Origin: Chitinophaga pinensis
Lineage (GTDB): Bacteria; Bacteroidota; Bacteroidia; NS11-12g; UBA955
Length of the DNA stretch: 64,000 nucleotides
NCBI GenBank assembly: GCA_945860565.1
Contig: CAMAQS010000002.1
Location: forward strand, 1,951 to 65,950
Direction of reading: 5' to 3'
Part shown: positions 61,588-64,000 of the stretch, piece after piece
Layout: every line of letters starts with the position of its first letter
Numbering within the stretch: position 1 is the first letter of the stretch
The notes under the pieces: model-generated
Told to the model about the DNA's origin: nothing
Databases searched by the model: none
The model's input: the letters and a program-made list of their open reading frames with translations, nothing else
Translations under genes and position numbers: made by a program

Positions 61588-64000
61588 TTATTGAATGATT
61601 AACGTTTTGTTTTCGGTATGTTGTTCTCCTTGTAGTACTACAAAATACATGCCACTTTTTACATTTGATGGTAATTCGATTGAATTTACACCAAAATTTC
61701 TAGAAATTTCTTTGGTAAATACTTGCTTACCTGTTGCATCATAAAGAGTTACAGTTCTCAAATTATTTTTAGCATCATTCGTTACATTGAATGTGTTTGT
61801 ACTAATTGGATTAGGATAAATGGCATAAGAACTTACAATTAAATCTCCATCTACAGAAGTCGTATTTTTTGTAAATAACAACTCAAATCTATCTTCTCTG
61901 AATTTATCGGTGTCTCCAATTGTAAAAGCTATTTTACCATCATTTTCAACATCAACAATACTGTTTGTTAGTTTATCGACCATTTGAATTCTGTATGGTT
62001 TTGTCGCTTCAGTACAAGTAGAAAATGCAATATTGAAATCTTTTGGCGCTAATTTAGGGAATTTAATTCTCAAAGGAACCGTGTAAGTTCCACCTAAAAC
62101 ATCGGTTAAGTTTGCTCTACGATCTAAAGTTAACCATTGATTGTTATTTGTAACAGAACCAATAGCCAATGAACCAGCATATAGTTTAACCATATCGTAG
62201 TCATCGCCGTCATTGGTAACACCTTCATAATCCATGTTGTATTGCATAGAGAAACCATCTGCATCAGATAACGTATCTGTTTGATAGGTCATGTACAATT
62301 TTAATTCATTGCATGAAGGGGTTGTTTCTTCTTGAACTCCATTAAAGTTTTTAGTAGAAGACTGCATAAAAGGATCTTTCACTGATTCAGTGAAATTCAA
62401 GCTTGAACCATTGTTTTTTGCCAACACGAAGAATGAAGCACCGGCAGAAATTATTTTAGAACGATGACGTTTCTCTGTAGTGTTTTGTGTATAGTGGGCT
62501 GCTCCTGATCTACCTGGAGCGCTACCTGCGATTGAACTATCCCAAGTATTGTATGTTTTGGCAATGGCATCATATATATAGTACTTATTGAAAATAGCAT
62601 TGTTATTTCCATTACACAATGTCCGGAAGTTTATATTTGATGGATAAGGATTTGAGACCCAATTAAAACCATCTAGTCCAGAATTATTGCCGCTAGTTTT
62701 AGAAAGTGTATATGAAGCATTTCCAGTATGTAATTGGCCTTTAACTTTTACAGTATTAAAGTTTGCCAAAGCACTGGTATCTCCCAATCCATTGTCAATC
62801 GTCCCTCTGAAAAATACTAACAAGCCTCTACCAAATGGTACATTTGTAGGCGTATTACCTGAAGCATAAGGCGACCAAGACTGTGTTGGTTCGTTCCAAT
62901 GGTAAATTGAATGTGTGCAATAGCTACAAGTTGTTGTAAATGAATCTGCATTTGAGCCAGTCACATTCCCTGTTGTAGTGATATCATCTGCAAACTGAGA
63001 CAAATTCACGCCATTTTTTAATGGTACACCGAAGCCACGGTAAGAACGGCGAGTGGCATTAAACATTTCAAATACTGCTCCACCTGTTATCGCTGCACTG
63101 GTTCCCAATGTATTTAACTGTCCATATGCTTTAGATCCAACTTTCTCCGTTGCTTTCAATTGTAAATTTGGGACCCAAGAATTGAAGGCTGAGGAGGAGT
63201 TGCTTGAGGGAGCATTTGAAACTAAAGTTGCAGAATTACTCAGTGTTAAAACGGAATAAATGGGCAGTGTTCTATTTAACGTCAATGTTGAAGTTCGGCC
63301 AGAACCAACAGTAACATTCATACTTGAATCAATTTCTAATGTACCAGTCGTGCCATTAATGCTTTGATTTGCACCTCGTAAGAATAAGGTATTTGTTCCA
63401 GTGGAAGGTGTAAAGGACAATGTGCCGCCAACAGTATGGATATTTCCTATGAAATTGTGTGTTCCTGCTCCGCTGAACAGGGTTCTACCTGCAACATTTG
63501 TAAATCTACCTGTAACACGTGTTGTATTGGTGGCAGGTACAATAATATTTAATTCCCCAGCACCTGTTTTTCTATAAAATGCCAAAGTATCCACGATGAA
63601 ATCATCGCCTGTGGTGGATGAATTTAATCCAACAGTCCATGCGGTATTAGATGAACATCTAAAAGTTACATGATTACGTGGGAATATTTTGAATTGGTTT
63701 ATTGATTGTGTTAAGTTCGATATATCAATTGTGGTATTTCTAGTAGTAGTGGTAGCCAAATCTACAACCAAAATATCATTTATAGAAACAGTTGTTCTAG
63801 TAGGTGCCCAGTTAGCCGCAATTTTATATGAACTGTCTGTTCCAGAAGCTGGTTCAATCCATGTGTACACACCTGCCGCTACTTTATTTACCGTAACATT
63901 GATATCAATAGCGCCGTTTGAATTGTAGGAACAACTGTTTCCTCTAGTACCCAAAGCCAAACGAATTCTGTTCTTTTCAACTCCAGCTGATGTTCCTATA
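61588..64000 (-). CDS. Secreted beta-helix-like surface protein with T9SS type A C-terminal domain; 5' end outside window
   Basis: The frame is open to the window edge upstream of the TTG at 63960. Internal parallel-beta-helix-like repeats. The C-terminal YPNPISTNTFNV...TVTLYDATGKQV...SGMYFVVLQGE...KTLIIQ is Por_Secre_tail. Confidence 0.7.
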   Translation of the reverse strand, partial: IGTSAGVEKNRIRLALGTRGNSCSYNSNGAIDINVTVNKVAAGVYTWIEPASGTDSSYKIAANWAPTRTTVSINDILVVDLATTTTRNTTIDISNLTQSINQFKIFPRNHVTFRCSSNTAWTVGLNSSTTGDDFIVDTLAFYRKTGAGELNIIVPATNTTRVTGRFTNVAGRTLFSGAGTHNFIGNIHTVGGTLSFTPSTGTNTLFLRGANQSINGTTGTLEIDSSMNVTVGSGRTSTLTLNRTLPIYSVLTLSNSATLVSNAPSSNSSSAFNSWVPNLQLKATEKVGSKAYGQLNTLGTSAAITGGAVFEMFNATRRSYRGFGVPLKNGVNLSQFADDITTTGNVTGSNADSFTTTCSYCTHSIYHWNEPTQSWSPYASGNTPTNVPFGRGLLVFFRGTIDNGLGDTSALANFNTVKVKGQLHTGNASYTLSKTSGNNSGLDGFNWVSNPYPSNINFRTLCNGNNNAIFNKYYIYDAIAKTYNTWDSSIAGSAPGRSGAAHYTQNTTEKRHRSKIISAGASFFVLAKNNGSSLNFTESVKDPFMQSSTKNFNGVQEETTPSCNELKLYMTYQTDTLSDADGFSMQYNMDYEGVTNDGDDYDMVKLYAGSLAIGSVTNNNQWLTLDRRANLTDVLGGTYTVPLRIKFPKLAPKDFNIAFSTCTEATKPYRIQMVDKLTNSIVDVENDGKIAFTIGDTDKFREDRFELLFTKNTTSVDGDLIVSSYAIYPNPISTNTFNVTNDAKNNLRTVTLYDATGKQVFTKEISRNFGVNSIELPSNVKSGMYFVVLQGEQHTENKTLIIQ

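Overview
This 64-kb window looks like a chromosomal segment from a low-GC Bacteroidota genome, most likely Flavobacteriia or Cytophagia. The inference rests on type A and type B type IX secretion system (T9SS) C-terminal sorting domains (the type B form is the CHU_C domain), a PorV/FadL-like outer-membrane barrel, a GH92 mannosidase, and SusC-like CarboxypepD_reg and plug architecture. Most of the window is densely packed housekeeping genes. These include def, ruvX, groES-groEL, waaA, ald, an lpxH-like gene, accC, greA, a HIT-family gene, lgt, holB, fhs, mnmE, a thioredoxin and peroxiredoxin pair, and ppk1 with ppx. Between them sit several accessory loci. (i) A three-gene outer-membrane module: a giant TonB-dependent-receptor-like protein, a 1309-aa protein with a T9SS type A sorting tail, and a PorV/FadL-family barrel. 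(ii) An ECF sigma factor translationally coupled to a bitopic anti-sigma-like protein whose extracytoplasmic part is a PKD-like domain plus a CHU_C (T9SS type B) domain, followed by an 1857-aa cysteine-rich CHU_C adhesin. (iii) A second module of an ECF sigma, a small membrane protein, and an LTXXQ (Spy/CpxP-like) periplasmic protein. (iv) An orphan lower meta-cleavage catabolic module: two divergent paralogous hydratase/decarboxylase genes, an acylating acetaldehyde dehydrogenase, and a 4-hydroxy-2-oxovalerate aldolase. (v) A 5'-truncated T9SS type A cargo gene at the window end, followed by a 61-codon ORF that is little more than a signal peptide plus a sorting-signal-like tail. I recognised no tRNA, rRNA, CRISPR array, transposase or integrase. 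Several rho-independent terminators are visible, two of them sequence-related hairpins. All functional calls come from motif recognition by eye; no database search was run.
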